Positions 62,029 to 64,000 of a DNA stretch of 64,000 nt are shown here, piece by piece. Origin of the DNA: Sarea resinae. Its lineage: Eukaryota. Every line of letters begins with the position of its first letter. The stretch's first letter is position 1. The stretch spans positions 248,001-312,000 of the forward strand of contig JAPEUD010000018.1 in the NCBI GenBank assembly GCA_026026165.1, in the 5' to 3' direction. The position numbers were made by a program, and so were the translations under genes. The notes under the pieces are model-generated. The model ran no database searches, had not been told where the DNA came from, and was given only the letters and a program-made list of their open reading frames with translations.

Positions 62029-62546
62029 GGTCCGTGATATCGTTTGAGATAGCCGAGCGTTGGATGTGAGAGGCGATATGGTATACTGCGTCCGGGAGTT
62101 GGAAAAGGAGTACAGCGGGATCGAGTCCGACGGCAGAGGTTCCAGCTTCTCTTAAGCTTCTGATCCTGGCTTCACGTTGAGAGATCATAGCCTTGTGCCC
62201 TGGACTGGACGCGTCACTTGGTTTCATGATCCCCGGCTTCAGTCACGATCATTGCCGGCACAAACCCTGCCATTGCCAACTGCCGGGCTCTCTACAGCGG
62301 GGGCACGAAATCAGGTTTGTTCCATGCCGTCGTGAGCATCGTTGACGACGTCTTGATGCAATCTCAATCAAAAACCTCATCCCCTCCAATCAAGAACGCC
62401 GATAGGGAACACGTTGGGATTCCCGATAGATATGCAATTGATACATCATGAAAATATAGTTCTGCGATGCGGTATCATATCGACCCCTTGCCTTTGATAT
62501 ATACACCTGTCGGCCGACTCCACATACATGCGTCCAGATCGACCAC

Positions 62547-64000
62547 CTAAACGGTGAAGCAGAGCCAAAAATACCACAAGAGAACCACCCACGCCACATA
62601 CCAAATACTCCTCTTGGCCTCCACCGCCATCGCCCGGAGCCGTTGCAACGGCGTATGATGACGGAAAGAACGATTGCTTCCACCGGCACCAACAGATTCC
62701 ATCGCGTTCCACGGCTCTAGCTCATCAATGTCCCCATTTCGGGGAGCAAAGTTGCCGACGACGTCGTTATTGGGGCCGCTTCGGCTCTGCGACGACGATA
62801 CTGGTATACCGTACCCATTCATCGGACTGATACTGCGTGTCCGCGCGGTCGGCGTCCGAGCCGACAGCCCATTGTAGGAAGACGCCGACGAATTCGAGGA
62901 ATGGGTCCCCTCCGACGACATGCGTGGCGATGACTTTCGCAGGCTATGGTATCTATCTTCGACCTTTTCGTTCTCGGCGGACGATGCCGCCGGGTTTGGT
63001 TTTCTGGCTGTGGTTGTAGTGGGGAGGAGAGTTTCATTTTCGGTAATGGAGGAAGAGGTGGATGAAGCGCCCCAATTGCAGTAGACGAGTAAGGCGGCTC
63101 TGATGACGAGAACAGTCACGGTGATGACAAGCAATACACCATAACGAATGAAGATGGCTAGCTGGTCTGGAAGCAAACAGAGGTGGGTTTCTATCGTTGG
63201 TGCTCCACCACCGGCTGCTCCGTGACCACCTCCCTGCGTGCCAATGGGAAGACCGGCGCCGTCCAGGGGATTCCAGAGGCTCAGTAGAAGAAAGCCGGGT
63301 TTCCTAACGCCCATAGCCCAAGAGATGGATTTGACGGTAATTTCTCTGATACCACCAGCCCCAGCGCCGCCACTTGAGGTATAGCCTCGATGGATCACTT
63401 CGCAGTAGTCGTGATCGTCACCGGAGAAGACGTAGCCCACGTTGCCGACTTTCTCGACCAATTGTTTGGATACTTCGGGCGTGAGAACATTCTGGTATTG
63501 GTAGCCCTGGCGGACGGCAATCGCGTTGGGTTCGTCATGCTCCAACGGTTGCGTCTGCCCATTCGGTGGCGGCGATGGTGGCCAATGCTCCCTCTGTGGC
63601 CCACATGGGGTGCCAGGTGCGCGATAAAGCGGTACATGGGTCAAGAGAACGGTAGGGAACTCGGGCATCCCTTGGCCTGGATCGAGGGAGGGCGGCTTTT
63701 TGAAATCCGTCGAGTTCACCTCCATCACGACCGGCTCGTAGAGCATGTGATCCAATTGACCGTTTTGTAATCTAATCTCCCTACTCATGGCCCGTCTCTT
63801 CATGCTTTGCGCGTCATTCAAGAATTCCTCCACTGGTTTCCATATCATGTCGTTTGCGCCGGGCACGTCTCCCAATCCTGATCCCTGACTAGCTGTCGCC
63901 GGATCAGCTTGGCCTTTGGCGCTCAAGGACACCGTATCCACCGACACAAAAGTATGGTTGCCAAGCACATCGATACGGTTTCCGTCCCCAAAATAAGCGT
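62547..64000 (-). CDS. CDC1: Cdc1-like ER metallophosphoesterase (GPI-anchor remodelling), 3' part; gene runs off the right edge
   Basis: Open frame from the window edge (AYFGDGNRIDVLGNHTFVSVDTVSLS); LLTHVPLYR...CGP.RE, GYQYQNVL, VFSGDDHDYC, EITVKSISWAMG; C-terminal transmembrane segments. Confidence 0.88.
   Translation of the reverse strand, partial: AYFGDGNRIDVLGNHTFVSVDTVSLSAKGQADPATASQGSGLGDVPGANDMIWKPVEEFLNDAQSMKRRAMSREIRLQNGQLDHMLYEPVVMEVNSTDFKKPPSLDPGQGMPEFPTVLLTHVPLYRAPGTPCGPQREHWPPSPPPNGQTQPLEHDEPNAIAVRQGYQYQNVLTPEVSKQLVEKVGNVGYVFSGDDHDYCEVIHRGYTSSGGAGAGGIREITVKSISWAMGVRKPGFLLLSLWNPLDGAGLPIGTQGGGHGAAGGGAPTIETHLCLLPDQLAIFIRYGVLLVITVTVLVIRAALLVYCNWGASSTSSSITENETLLPTTTTARKPNPAASSAENEKVEDRYHSLRKSSPRMSSEGTHSSNSSASSYNGLSARTPTARTRSISPMNGYGIPVSSSQSRSGPNNDVVGNFAPRNGDIDELEPWNAMESVGAGGSNRSFRHHTPLQRLRAMAVEAKRSIWYVAWVVLLWYFWLCFTV

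Noticed and set aside
1..64000. Intact transposon or Starship element
   Set aside because: No transposase, reverse transcriptase, integrase or DUF3435 captain ORF, and no TIR or LTR pair recognised by eye.

Overview
Eukaryotic DNA from a filamentous ascomycete (Pezizomycotina inferred from short GT-AG introns with CTRAY branch points, RIP-like TpA-rich patches and gene content; species not determinable). I can support 16 protein-coding genes, most spliced by hand: a BtgE/Scw11-like cell-wall glucanase (5' part only), a GNAT-like/ankyrin protein of unknown function, a GPI-anchored Cys/Ser/Ala-rich protein, an 11-exon PAS hybrid histidine kinase, the Pfa4 palmitoyltransferase, a DHDPS-family aldolase, an RCO-3-type hexose transporter, a stand-alone allophanate hydrolase, a Dal81/TamA-like Zn2Cys6 factor, a SAM methyltransferase, a Chs4/Skt5 chitin synthase activator head-to-head with a class IV chitin synthase, a WD40 protein, a D-2-hydroxyacid dehydrogenase, a signal-less RNase T1-family protein and Cdc1 (3' part only). 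There is also one intron-containing tRNA-Ala(UGC). The most unusual signals are: (i) a four-unit non-coding array at 33.35-34.32 kb, each unit carrying paired GATAAG sites, a CCAAT box and an indel-free 57-bp core, just 3' of the allophanate hydrolase; (ii) a CCA-bearing 3' tRNA-Ala fragment just downstream of the tRNA gene; (iii) the divergent allophanate hydrolase / Dal81-like pair; (iv) a RIP-like island whose content looks like mutated host intergenic DNA. Family assignments come from motif recognition only; no database search was run. No CRISPR array, rRNA or intact transposon was seen.
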